The translations under genes and the position numbers were made by a program. A stretch of 64,000 nt of DNA from Macrostomum lignano. Taxonomy: Eukaryota. Under the pieces are notes generated by a model. That model was not told where the DNA came from, searched no databases, and worked only from the letters and a program-made list of their open reading frames with translations. Where the stretch lies: positions 124,001 through 188,000 of the forward strand of contig NIVC01001500.1 of the NCBI GenBank assembly GCA_002269645.1. Reading direction: 5' to 3'. Below are positions 14,480 through 27,210 of this stretch, one piece after another. The stretch's first letter is position 1; the number at the start of each line of letters is the position of its first letter.

Positions 14480-16445
14480 CCTACACACTGCTGTCCTTCC
14501 CCACACCTTGCTGTCCTTCCCCATACCCTGCTGTCCTTCCCCACACCTTGCTGTCCTTCCCCATACCCTGCTGTCCTTCCCCATACCCTGCTGTCTTTCC
14601 CCCACTCTGCTGTCCTTCCCCACACCCTGCCAGCCTTCCCTACTTCCTGCTGGCCTTCCCTATTTCTGGCTACCCTTCCCTACACCCTGCTAGCTTCCCC
14701 ACACTATGCTGTTCTTCCCTACACCCCGCCAGCCTTCCCTACTCCTGCTGGCCTTCCCTATTTCCTGTTACCCTTCCCCATACCCTGCCGGCCATCCCCA
14801 CATCCTGGAGGCTTTCCCACATCCTGCTGGCCTTCCCCACTCCCTGCTGTCCTTTCCCATCAATGCAGGCCTTCCCCACACCCTGCTGTCCTTCCCCATC
14901 AATGCAGGCCTTCCCCACTCCCTGCTGGCATTCCAGACACCCTGCTGGCATTCCCCACACCCTGCCGGCCTTCCCTACACCTTGCCAGCTTCCCCACATC
15001 CTGCTGTCCTTCCCCACACCCTGCCAGCCTTCCCTACTCCTGCTGGCCTTCCCTATTTCCTGCTACCCTTCCCCACACCCTGCCGGCTATCCCCACATCC
15101 TGGAGGCTTTCCCACATCCTGCTGGCCTTCCCCATCAATGCAGGCCTTCCCCATCAATGCAGGCCTTCCCCACTCCCTGCTGTCCTTCCCCATCAATGCA
15201 GGCCTTCCCCACTCCCTGCTGGCATTCCCCACACCCTGCCGGCCTTCCCCACTCCCTGCTGGCATTCCCCACACCCTGCCGGCATTCCCCACCCCTGCTG
15301 TCCTTCCCCACACTCTGCCGGCCTTCCCCATACCCTGCTGGCCTTCCCTACTCCTTGCTACCCTTCCCCACACCCTGTCAGCTTTCCCTACTCCCTGCTG
15401 GCCTTCCCTATTTCCTACTACCTTTCCCCACACCCTGCCGGCCTTCCCCACACCCTGCCGGCTTCCCCACACCCTGCCGGCTTCCCCACATCCTGCTGTC
15501 CTTCCCCATCAATGCAGGCCTTCCCCACTCCCTGCTGTCCTTCCCCATCAATGCAGGCCTTCCCCACACCCTGCTGTCCTTCCCCATCAATGCAGGCCTT
15601 CCCCACTCCCTGCTGGCATTCCAGACACCCTGCCGGCATTCCCCACACCCTGCCGGCATTCCCCACACCCTGCTGTCCTTCCCCACACCCTGCCCGCCTT
15701 CCCTAATCCCTGCTGTCCTTCCCACACCCTGCCGGCCTTCCCCATACCCTGCTGGCCTTCCCTACTCCTTGCTACCCTTCCCCACACCCTGTCAGCTTTC
15801 GCTACTCCCTGCTGGCCTTCCCTATTTCCTACTACCTTTCCCCACACCCTGCCGGCCTTCCCCACACCCTGCCGGCTTCCCCACACCCTGCCGGCCTTCC
15901 CCACACCCTGCCGGCTTCCCCACATCCTGCTGGCCTTCCCTACTCCCTGCTACCCTTCCCCACACCCTGCTGTCCTTCCACACACCCTGCTAGTCTTCAC
16001 CACCAATGTAGGCTTTCCCCACACCCTGCTATCCTTCCCCATCAATGCAGGCCTTCCCCACTCCCTGCTGGCATTCTCCACACCCTGCTGTCCTTCCCCA
16101 TCAATGCAGGCCTTCCCCACTCCCTGCCGGCTTCCCCACATCCTGCTGGCCTTCCACACACCCTGCTAGTCTTCACCACCAATGCAGGCTTTCCCCACAC
16201 CCTGCTGTCCTTCCCCATTAATGCAGGCCTTCCCCACTCCCTCCTGGCATTCCCCACACCCTGCCGGCCTTCCCCACTCCCTGCTGGCATTCCCCACACC
16301 CTGCCGGCATTCCCCACCCCTGCTGTCCTTCCCCACACCCTGCCGGCCTTCCCCATACCCTGCTGGCCTTCCCTACTCCTTGCTACCCTTCCCCACACCC
16401 TGCCGGCCTTCCCCACACCCTGCCGGCATTCCCCACACCCTGCCA
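14480..16445. repeat. ~19-21-bp C-rich minisatellite (ccttccccacaccctgctg(g/t)), left foldback arm
   Basis: Directly visible, ~2 kb long, with internally duplicated variant blocks. The Pro-rich ORFs are artefacts. Confidence 0.95.
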
Positions 16446-17007
16446 CTCTACCTCTCACAGGCTACCCCTCCCAGACAGCCCCTCCAGGCTAACCCGACTA
16501 CCCCTCCCAGGCAGCCTTCCCGGGCTTCATCTCCCACTCAACCTCTTCCAGACAGCGCTCCCAGGCTACCCTTCCTGACTACTCTTGCCAGGCTACCCCT
16601 CTTACTCAACCCCTCTCAGGCTCCTCTCCCACTCTACCTCTCCCAGGCAGCGCTCCGAGACTACGCCTCGCAGGCAGCCCTTCCAGTCTAACCCTCCCAG
16701 GCAGCTCTTCCAGGCTACTCCTCCCAGGCTACCCCTTCCATGGCAACCACTTCCAGGCTATCTCCCACTGTGCCCTTGAGTACTGTCTCCATTTATGTTC
16801 AAAACTGAGAAGATTGTTTCGTTTTGGTATTATTTAAAAAGATAACACTATGCATCATTATTTACTTCAGACACTTCACTCTCACCATTTCAGGTGCGTA
16901 CATGCGAGTCGGCTTTCCAACGGGGAACTGTGCGTTTATGAAAGCCATTTGGGATTTGGGATGCCAGAAAAGATATTCAATTTTGCAAGGATCCGATAAA
17001 TGCTGCC

Positions 17008-17492
17008 GCTTCGGCTGCAGTGACCGCCGGCTCAAGCGGAGGACGATCGCAGGACCGTTTGCTGCCTGCCGCTTCGGCTGCAGTGACCGCCGGCTCAAGC
17101 GGAGGACGATCGCAGGACCGTTTGCTGCCTGCCGCTTCGGCTGCAGTGACCGCCGGCTCAAGCGGAGGACGATCGCAGGACTGTTTGCTGCCTGCCGCTT
17201 CGGCTGCAGTGACCGCCGGCTCAAGCAAAGGACGATCGCAGGACCGTTTGCTGCCTACCGCTTCGGCTGCAGTGACCGCCGGCTCAAGCGGAGGACGATC
17301 GCAGGACCGTTTGCTGCCTACCGCTTCGGCTGCAGTGACCGCCGGCTCAAGCGGAGGATGATCGCAGGACCGTTTGCTGCCTACCGCTTCGGCTGCAGTG
17401 ACCGCCGGCTCAAGCGGAGGATGATCGCAGAACCGTTTGCTGCCTACCGCTTCGGCTGCAGTGACCGCCGGCTCAAGCGGAGGACGATCGCT
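17008..17492. repeat. 63-bp GC-rich tandem array, 8 units, left arm
   Basis: gcttcggctgcagtgaccgccggctcaagcggaggacgatcgcaggaccgtttgctgcct(g/a)cc repeated every 63 bp starting at 17008. Confidence 0.95.
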
Positions 17493-19429
17493 GCTCCGCG
17501 TGCTATCATCCGGTCCGGTTCCGCTTCGACCTTAACGAACAGTGACAAAGTGAGGATTATTTAATAACTATGGTTATGACCTGAACGATTGTCTGAAGTG
17601 ATGCGTGTTCGTGGGACTCACACCCTGGCGATGCGCAGTCCTGTACCAGCGGTTTGTAGTTGCTGTGTAGCTGAAGTTTCTGCGGGCAGCTCTATGTTGC
17701 GCACATTACTTCAGTTGTTTTTCTATCCAAGCGGCACACTACCTTTGCGTTTATTGAGAGCTGTAATTATTTTTTGTCCGAATAACAAATAAAAAAGCAT
17801 TTTTCTCGATCGATGTCACCCCGGTAATTTGGCTGTTGCGCCATGCATTTTTGTGCAGTTTTGAAAGGTAAAATCGTCCAAGTAGTTTTCTAATTTTTTT
17901 CACTTTGTGTTACACTTATTTGAGAAATTTCGTTCGCGCAAAAGAAATGACCAGACTGCAAGTCGGTTTGAATTTCGGATCGTGGCGGCCTGAAAATTCT
18001 CTCATCCTGCTCAGAATGTTAAACTATCCTTAGCTAATGGCAAACTATCCATATACGAGCTAGTCTGGCTAATTTGCTACCTCAAGTAAGCTAGGTTTAA
18101 AAATAGCACCAAAATTGGGTTGCATGAACAAGCGGGCACTAGCAAAAGCAAGCACGGCTAGAATGGAGATTAGCACAAGAGCTCAAGTATTTTGGAAAAA
18201 GAGCGTATTGACACTGACGCAACTCACGCAAGTACATGTATTTCACCTACATGTATGTTCAATCATGGATTAGTGCCAGTATGCACACGAGTATGTTTGA
18301 CTTAGCTGCAGAGGGCATCATCCGGCGGATGCAGCGATCAGGAGGCGGAGGAGACCGCCCATTCCGCTAGCCTCTGGCGACCATGAATGACTTCCATCGA
18401 AGTGATGTCCCTCGGGGGGCGTCGGTCTCGCTTGCAGCGCGGTCCTCCTCACCGGCGGTGGGGAAAACTCAGCTGAGGTACCGGGTGAGCATCGATATGC
18501 TCTCGGGCCTGCAAGCGTCGGAGAGTTGGGCCGGGGTGAGTGAGTGGTGAAGACCGGGTAGTGGCAGATAAATTGTTCTGCGTTTTTACTGCCTGCTGAA
18601 CGGCAGAAGAGCTTAGGGCACCGCGCACCGCTCCTCAAGTACCTGGCCCTGAAGGAAGCGGTGGCGAGAGAAGCAGCCATGCATGCCCGGAGAGGGCCCA
18701 TGTACATGTAAATGCTCTAAGATCCCTGCGGTTGAGCCTAAGGAAGGCTGCTCTTAGATCACTGCCGGGAGATATTGATGATGCTTCTCAGGGGGAACTT
18801 AGCTGTTGAAGCCGAAACTGCCGGGGGAAGGAGGATCAGGTCGGCAGGACCGTAAGGGGAAGAGCCAGAAGGCAGTATCAGGCCAAGTTGAGCGCCCCAG
18901 GCCTTGGCAAGGACAAAAACCGGGAGATATTTCGAGCGCGGTTCGAGTTGCCGCCTTTTATAGCTCTCACGCGGCCGATTTGTTATAAGGCACGCCGAAT
19001 TTTCCGATTGGCTGAGAGCCTTTGTTAAAACTCCGCCGAAACTGCTGCACGATCCTTCACAAGACCGAAACTTCATAAGTTCAAACTTCATTACTACAAA
19101 TAAAAGTATTTCGTGGTAACGACGAAGCAACAAAAAAGGCAGCAACTTCGCAACAGTCTTGGAAGGGCCCAGTATTTTAAGCTTTGGGGTTGTGAAACTT
19201 CGGTCTTATGAAGTTTCTGTCTTGTGAAGGGCCCTGCATTTTGAGCTTTCGGCGTTGTGAAATTTCGGTCTTTTTTTCGGTCTTGTGAAGTATGGTTTCG
19301 GCGTTGTGAAATTTCGGTCTTATGAACCCCCCCCCATGTAGCTGTGCACGTCACAGAGAAGGCAAAACTTTTCTTCCCCGATATTGTGCTTCTCAAATCA
19401 AATACTCGTACGTATTTAAGAAATTAATA

Positions 19430-19570
19430 ACATGCAATCCGTGTTTCCCGTTCGTTATTTTCAGCAGTACAGCATTTTTGCACCCCCTCATAATTGGTGC
19501 CCCTCATTACTCATGTTGGCCTCCCAAACTTGGACCGCCCCCTCCCAAAATGAAATTCTAGATCCGCCAC
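19430..19570. mobile_element. Solo end of a CAGTGGCGGATCTAG-type hAT MITE inside the foldback spacer
   Basis: ...aaattctagatccgccactg is the reverse complement of this common invertebrate MITE terminus, preceded by C-rich subterminal motifs. The partner end was not found. Confidence 0.45.
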
Positions 19571-20944
19571 TGCTCGTACATGATAAGACTGACTGAATTT
19601 ACTATTACTAATATACATATACTAATTATAAACCATGTCTCAATCCGATGGAAACAACTTACGTACCAGTATGTAAATGTCCATGTACCAGGAAAGTCAT
19701 GGCTATTTAAAAAGTGGCAGGATGTCAGGCTATGAGAGCACGAGACTTTTCCACAGAGGCTTTTCTTGCCGAGCTTTCCTCTCATTTTTAACCAACAGGT
19801 GCTGCAGAGACAGAGGGCGAGAAGGAGAAAGGGAGGCCGATAGGGGCAGATAAACTATTGAGACTACTGTAATGTAAAATCATATACTTTATACCTCTCG
19901 CCATATGGCTCTACCTCCCACTATTCTTTGTCACCGTCGTGTGACCATATTTGTGTCATCACCAAAAGAGAATTCGATAAAACAGGAATGCTTCAGGACA
20001 TGACAGAGCGAATTATCGTAAAAAGCATAGGTAAAAGCAGTGAAGTCTGTTTTATTTTAGAGGCACATGTTTATAATACTCAGTTAAGTATATACATGTA
20101 CTCGTAAAACTGCACATTGACAAAAGACAATGAAAAACTCTTGTCGAAAAAATGCGCTGCATAGTTCTCTCAAAGTTTGGTTAGCAGAACTCGACAAGGG
20201 GGGGGGGGACAAAAAACTGGTTACAGCATTACAGAGCGAGAAAAAGAGCGTCAGCGTTTGATGGTAGTGCAATATTGCAAAGAAGTCACGAATTAAATGT
20301 TCTAAACGCCACGGGCACAGAGAAGTGTGATCAAACATATTTATACGGCTACGTCGGCTAACAGCTAATTTCTGTCCAATGTGGCTGAATAGTCATACAT
20401 GTCGAAGTCGTCACCGTCGTCTTCTTTCACCTCAGAGGATCCTGCGTGCACTCTGCGCCCTATGAATCGGCAGCAGCATAATGCACATTGCTTTGTCTCA
20501 TCTCGACACCTGCCAATGAACGAAAGAAAAAGTCCTTGTATTTAAAATGCAAATGCATGATGCAAAGCATTCCAATACAGTTCATAGCTAATCTGCATTG
20601 TTAGCACTTGATGCTGGGGTGACTATGAGCGGAGAAGCTGAATAGGTTATGTACGCGACCAAAACAATTCACTGATTTCAACAGGAAGAAGCAAAATACA
20701 TGCCATCTTACCATCTACGTACTCTTGTTTCAAACGACCTCAATTTACGTATTCTGCTGATGATATTGTAGAGTGTATAAGCGGCAGCATATAATACTCG
20801 TATTTTTTTACTCACTGCTAATTAAACGAGAAGATAAATAACTGGCATAGATATCCTCTGAAGGAAATCGGATAATATGCTCCTTCCTTAGTCCTTCGTT
20901 CGCCCTTAGCACTCGCAACACTCGTAGATGACAGCACGCGGAGC

Positions 20945-21430
20945 AGCGATCGTCCTCCGCTTGAGCCGGCGGTCACTGCAGCCGAAACGGTAGGCAGCAA
21001 ACGGTCCTGCGATCGTCCTCCGCTTGAGCCGGCGGTCACTGCAGCCGAAGCGGTAGGCAGCAAACGGTCCTGCGATCATCCTCCGCTTGAGCCGGCGGTC
21101 ACTGCAGCCGAAGCGGTAGGCAGCAAACGGTCCTGCGATCGTCCTCCGCTTGAGCCGGCGGTCACTGCAGCCGAAGCGGTAGGCAGCAAACGGTCCTGCG
21201 ATCGTCCTCCGCTTGAGCCGGCGGTCACTGCAGCCGAAGCGGCAGGCAGCAAACGGTCCTGCGATCGTCCTCCGCTTGAGCCGGCGGTCACTGCAGCCGA
21301 AGCGGCAGGCAGCAAACGGTCCTGCGATCGTCCTCCGCTCGAGCCGGCGGTCACTGCAGCCGAAGCGGCAGGCAGCAAACGGTCCTGCGATCGTCCTCCG
21401 CTTGAGCCGGCGGTCACTGCAGCCGAAGCG
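20945..21430. repeat. 63-bp GC-rich tandem array, 8 units, right arm (inverted)
   Basis: Reverse complement of the 17008-17492 array. Confidence 0.95.
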
Positions 21431-22014
21431 GCAGCATTTATCGGATCCTTGCAAAATTGAATATCTTTTCTGGCATCCCAAATCCCAAATGGCTTTCATA
21501 AACGCACAGTTCCCCGTTGGAAAGCCGAATACAAAGTGCGGCGTCAGCGTTAGCTGACTCGCATGTACGCACCTGAAATGGTGAGAGTGAAGCGTCTGAA
21601 GTAAATAATGATGCATAGTGTTATCTTTTTAAATAATAACAAAACGAAACAATCTTCTCAGTTTTGAACATAAATGGAGACAGTACTCAAGGGCACAGTG
21701 GGAGATAGCCTGGAAGTGGTTGCCATGGAAGGGGTAGCCTGGGAGGAGTAGCCTGGAAGAGCTGCCTGGGAGGGTTAGACTGGAAGGGCTGCCTGCGAGG
21801 CGTAGTCTCGGAGCGCTGCCTGGGAGAGGTAGAGTGGGAGAGGAGCCTGAGAGGGGTTGAGTAAGAGGGGTAGCCTGGCAAGAGTAGTCAGGAAGGGTAG
21901 CCTGGGAGCGCTGTCTGGAAGAGGTTGAGTGGGAGATGAAGCCCAGGAAGGCTGCCTGGGAGGGGTAGTCGGGTTAGCCTGGAGGGGCTGTCTGGGAGGG
22001 GTAGCCTGTGAGAG

Positions 22015-23050
22015 GTAGAGTGGCAGGGTGTGGGGAATGCCGGCAGGGTGTGGGGAAGGCCGGCAGGGTGTGGGGAAGGGTAGCAAGGAGTAGGGAAGGC
22101 CAGCAGGGTATGGGGAAGGCCGGCAGGGTGTGGGGAAGGACAGCAGGGGTGGGGAATGCCAGCAGGGTGTGGGGAATGCCAGCAGGGAGTGGGGAAGGCC
22201 GGCAGGGTGTGGGGAATGCCAGCAGGGAGTGGGGAAGGCCTGCATTGATGGGGAAGGACAGCAGGGAGTGGGGAAGGCCTGCATTGATGGGGAAGGCCAG
22301 CAGGATGTGGGAAAGCCTCCAGGATATGGGGATAGCCGGCAGGGTGTGGGGAAGGGTAGCAGGAAATAGGGAAGGCCAGCAGGAGTAGGGAAGGCTGGCA
22401 GGGTGTGGGGAAGGACAGCAGGATGTGGGGAAGCTGGCAAGGTGTAGGGAAGGCCGGCAGGGTGTGGGGAATGCCGGCAGGGTGTCTGGAATGCCAGCAA
22501 GGAGTGGGGAAGGCCTGCATTGATGGGGAAGGACAGCAGGGTGTGGGGAAGGCCTGCATTGATGGGGAAGGACAGCAGGGTGTGGGGAAGGCCTGCATTG
22601 ATGGGGAAGGACAGCAGGGAGTGGGGAAGGCCTGCATTGATGGGGAAGGCCAGCAGGGTGTGGGAAAGCCTCCAGGATGTGGGGATGGCCGGCAGGGTAT
22701 GGGGAAGGGTAACGGGAAATAGGGAAGGCCAGCAGGAGTAGGGAAGGCTGGCAGGGTGTAGGGAAGAACAGCATAGTGTGGGGAAAGGTAGCAGGGAGTA
22801 GGGAAGGCCAGCAGGATGTGGGGAAGCTGGCAGGGTGTAGGGAAGGCCGGCAGGGTATGGGGAAGGGTAGCCAGAAATAGGGAAGGCCAGCAGGAAATAG
22901 GGAAGGCTGGCAGGGTGTGGGGAAGGACAGCAGAGTGGGGGAAAGACAGCAGGGTATAGGGAAGGACAGCAGGGTATGGGGAAGGACAGCAAGGTGTGGG
23001 GAAGGACAGCAGTGTGTAGGGAAGGCTAGTAGGATATGGGAAAAGCCAGC
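22015..23050. repeat. G-rich minisatellite, right foldback arm (inverted copy, ~1 kb)
   Basis: Reverse complement of the 14480-16445 array at about half the length. Confidence 0.95.
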
Positions 23051-24299
23051 AAGGTATGGCCATGTGGGAAGGCCAACAAGATACAATGAAGGCCAAGCAG
23101 GATATATTAAAGAGCAGCAAGGTTTGTGAAAGGCAGCAGGGTATAGAAAAGGCGCATAAAAGACAATGAAGGGCAGCAAGGTATAGGGAAGGCTTGTAGT
23201 TGTATTGATAAAAATAGGTAGCAAGTGTTGTAGGAAGGCCACCAGGGTAGGGTATGGTGAAGGGCAACAGGGTATAGCTATGTAGGGAAGGCTAGCAGGT
23301 TATAGATAGGGAAAGGGAAGGTTAAAAAAAACAAAAAAATATAGAACCTCAAAATACTAAATACTAATTTTAGGCTTAACCTATAATATAAAATAGTAGA
23401 ATAGAACCTAATTTATTATTAAAAAAAATAAAGAATACATGTATTCATGTATTCATTTATGGAATTTTATGCTAGCTCAGCTAGTTAAACTAGGTATATA
23501 TAATAGGCTATTAGTATAGTATATTAGAACCCTAAATTATGCCTGTTCAATATATCTATCAATATAGCTTTACTAAATAGTTTCTCTCCTAAACTCAGGA
23601 TTCAAGGTTCAGAAAAAAAGAATATATAGCTTTAGGCCTCGCTTAGTCATACAGTTATTGCATTCCATTACAAAATTATGCATAGGCCTAGCTACAAACT
23701 AAAACTGAGTGCCATCCAAGTTCACTTATTGAACTTTAAGTCGAGTCATATTGTTCTCCTGTTCTAATATTAATTTGCTAGGCCTATTAATATTGTGGAA
23801 ATAATAAACAGCTAGTAGGCCTACATAAAATAATGTTAAATGTTAACACTTGTAGTTGTAACTAAGTCATCCTGACCTAATATTTATCTAGCATTCTAGT
23901 GACACTAAAATTACTGTACTAGAGAATAGTAGGCTAGTAAAATCGCTAGGCCTACTTTGCATTAGTGAACTAAAAAATAAGCAGAAACGTCTGTTCAAAT
24001 TTGCGCCATATTGGGCCTTTGTGCGCATAAAAAAGGCAGTTTATATCATGCCACCATATCATATAGCATGATACGGACTGCCTTATAGGCGGTTTTTGCC
24101 ATGTTCTATACCGCCTAACGTGTATATATGGGTGGTCCAGAACCAGAACCAATTTGTAAAGTATAACTTTTTGTCTCCTTAACTAGAGGGATATACTTGC
24201 TATAAACTCGGCCAGGCCATTATGTATATTTATTCAAGATATTTGAACTTTGGGCAATACAAAAGTAGTTACAGCGAATAGAAATCAAATGCAGATTAA

Positions 24300-25153
24300 G
24301 GGTGCGTTCGAGTGACTTAAAATGACTTAAACTGCCATTTTAACGTCCTTAGTAAAACAAATGTTAAGCAGACTAAATGTAAAAATAATCTAGGTAAATG
24401 ATAGTCAAATTACAATTAAGAATTAATTCAATTTCTAAAACCGGTCTAAGATTAAAAAACGTCACCTATACTTCTTCCAACTCAACCTGAACGCCTAGGC
24501 ACCGTTTTAACTTCGCTCGCAATTACCACATTTAATCGTAATTGAATATTTTGTATTCTTCACCTTTGTTCTATCATTTGCTTTCACGTCCTTTTGCTCA
24601 GTTCGCTGCCCGTCATTATAGTCTTTGAATAATTGCTTAGTACTAATATTGTTTATTTATTAATTTTTATTACATAGTAGTTTATTTGGACTTGGAATAT
24701 AGTCACTATTATTGTTGCTACTGTTATTATTTTTCTATTGGAGTTTTGTACTTTTTCAGCTTGGTTCTTATTCTTCAATATAGTATCTGAGTGAACTTCA
24801 TGTTATAGTTTACTAAGCAATTATTCAAAGACTATTTTGACGGGCAGCGAAGTGAGCAAAAAGACGTGAAAGCAAATGATAGAACAAAGGTGAAGAATAC
24901 AAAATATTCAATTACGATTAAATGTGGTAATTGCGAGCGAAGTTAAAACGGTGCCTAGGCGTTCAGGTTGAGTTGGAAGAAGTATAGGTGACGTTTTTTA
25001 ATCTTAGACCGGTTTTAGAAATTGAATTAATTCTTAATTGTTATTTGACTATCATTTACCTAGATTATTTTTACATTTAGTCTGCTTAACATTTGTTTTA
25101 CTAAGGACGTTAAAATGGCAGTTTAAGTCATTTTAAGTCACTCGAACGCACCC
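24300..25153. mobile_element. PIF/Harbinger (Tourist-like) MITE with ~350-bp TIRs
   Basis: TAA|GGGTGCGTTCGAGTG ... CACTCGAACGCACCC|TAA, a 3-bp TAA TSD, with near-perfect long inverted arms. Confidence 0.9.
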
Positions 25154-27210
25154 TAAGTACAATTTTATTACTCGCCTTCAAGTTACGTTTAATTTAACTA
25201 TTTCAACTTATTTGACTCATGACTGGCAGTGGGGCAGGACTGCTGGCTAAATAGTGACAAGCTTTTTTGACTGTCAATGGGGCAGGACTGCCGGCTAAAT
25301 AGTGACGCGCTTATTTGACCAGTGCTTTTATTTTGATTTTTTATCTAGAATTTTAGGAGATATATTTAGGATTGCCCAGCCTCCTCCCATCTGGCTGTGC
25401 CACTATTCTAAATATATATTATTGCGAAAATGAACAATATGAAATAAAATATTACATTTTTATTTTTTAGTGATAGGCCTTCTGCCTTTGTCTTTATAAT
25501 AAGCTAATCTAAAAAGCTGCTACCAAGTTGTCATAGACCTTTTTAATATGTTAATAGATTTCTTAGGATTAGTTTGTAATATTTATATTTAATATATTTT
25601 TTATATAATCCGATAGTGTCTAATATATAGTCTAATAGCATCTCTATTTACTATATGATATAGTAGGCCCTAGCATTTAATGTATTATATGGCCTGAGCA
25701 GTTTTTATATGCACTGGTGCCGGTACATGATTTTTGCCAGTTATTAATGTCAAATATATTTCAGTAAAACAAATGTTGAGATACAAGTACAACTCCCACC
25801 ATCGGGCCCAATTAGTGTCGCAATGTGCTTATACACTCAGCAACATCAAAAAGTTGCCATCACTGAAGATTCTACATATATTCTGTCTATGGTCATCACT
25901 TTTTGAGAGTGCAGGTATAAATTCTCAATCTTTGCAAGTGATGTTAACTTGCTATGCCGCTGTAGACTTGAATTGTGGAGTAAAGTGGAGGGAGTGATGT
26001 GCGAGGGTTTTGTTGGATGGATTAAAGCTACCAATCAGTTTTCTCTTATCTTTTATTTCAGAATAGTCCAAGAGAAATTGTGTAGTAAATATAAAATATA
26101 ATAAGTCCTAAGTAACCATCAAAGTATTTAGGCCCAGTATGTTGGGTCTGGTAAAATGTTAAATGTTACACACATTTTTGAAAATGTATAATTTGACATA
26201 ATTAAAAAAGATTCTAGATTAAATGGCTGGGGCAAATGGCAGTGTATACGCATACATATTTAAAATTTAACGAGTTGTAATAGCTTAATGCTTTAGCCTT
26301 TAGCATTTGCCAAATTGGCTGTTGCCAAATTGACTTGTCTCCGAATTGGCTTGTCACCAAACTGACTGGAAGCCGGTTTCTAATCCTTAAGGCATTACCT
26401 GGATTAGAATGTCACTGCACTTCTTTTTAAATTCCCTTTTGTAATATTTCCTAATCCCTTCTCTTCGAGTCTTAGTAAGTTTCTTAGCATTTCAAATGAT
26501 TAGTCCTGAAATAAATAACAATAATTCATTTCAAAATATTCTTATGAAAAACCCTTAGAAGGTCTGAGAATATAAGTGCAAGTTTGTAGATAAAAATAGA
26601 AGAACTGATTTATTTGTAATGAAATGAAATCATATATATAATGTTTTAGGGAATTGAATTTATAACAAATATATATAAGTCTCGCATTTGATTTGCCAGC
26701 TGTCTAAGAGGAGATACACATTACACCCGGCCAGTTGATCGATCCACTCAGCTTTAGATATAAGAAAGTAATTATCTAATATTTTGTTTAGTAAAACAAT
26801 CCATATAATAAAAATGGTCTGTCAGTATCTATCTAGGTATGTGATCAAATTTTTTGAATTTTGTACAAATTCAATGTGGCTACTTATAAAAAATAATAGC
26901 AATATTTTTGAGGATTCATGCATACCAACACCAACATGCACACCAATTGAGCATATATTACATGATCTAGAGTATAGTAGGCAACATGACATGATGCAGG
27001 GTGCTTGCTTAGGGCATATTCCATACCATGTAGACTGTCTTGCAGTGCCATGCACTGACATGAATAACTTACACTACACCAACGTGTATTTCAAATGACA
27101 TATCAAGTATATATAACAAAAAAGTGACAAAGCAAGGCTTGTAAAACAGTAGACTTTTGCCAGAAGAGTGCACATACTGCTAGATTTGAATGTACCATTG
27201 TAACATACAT

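Larger units (their letters stand above)
9847..24122. mobile_element. Giant foldback-type DNA element (CAC...GTG termini, CMC/CACTA-Chapaev-like) with ~3.2-kb inverted arms and a 3.4-kb spacer
   Basis: Left arm 9847-17510 (expanded by insertions) is the reverse complement of right arm 20927-24122. Termini are tatata|CACGTTAGGCGG ... CCGCCTAACGTG|tatata. Each arm carries an AT-rich segment, a ~20-bp C-rich minisatellite, a unique segment and a 63-bp array. No transposase was recognised. Confidence 0.9.

Noticed and set aside
14197-16691. Long Pro/His/Leu-rich ORFs (up to 598 aa), mirrored at 21775-23267
   Set aside because: They are open in several frames on both strands because the C-rich minisatellite lacks stop codons. 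There is no domain, splice or codon evidence.
17008-17492. 63-bp array as a CRISPR array or tandem hammerhead ribozymes
   Set aside because: There are no unique spacers and no cas genes, and the context is eukaryotic. The CUGANGA/GAAA catalytic core is absent on both strands. The 42-bp and 84-bp arrays also lack spacers.
16824-17564. 246-aa ORF with 21-aa CRFGCSDRRLKRR repeats, and its inverted twin at 20906-21616
   Set aside because: It is a translation of the 63-bp array. The two arm copies differ in start and end, and other frames are equally open.
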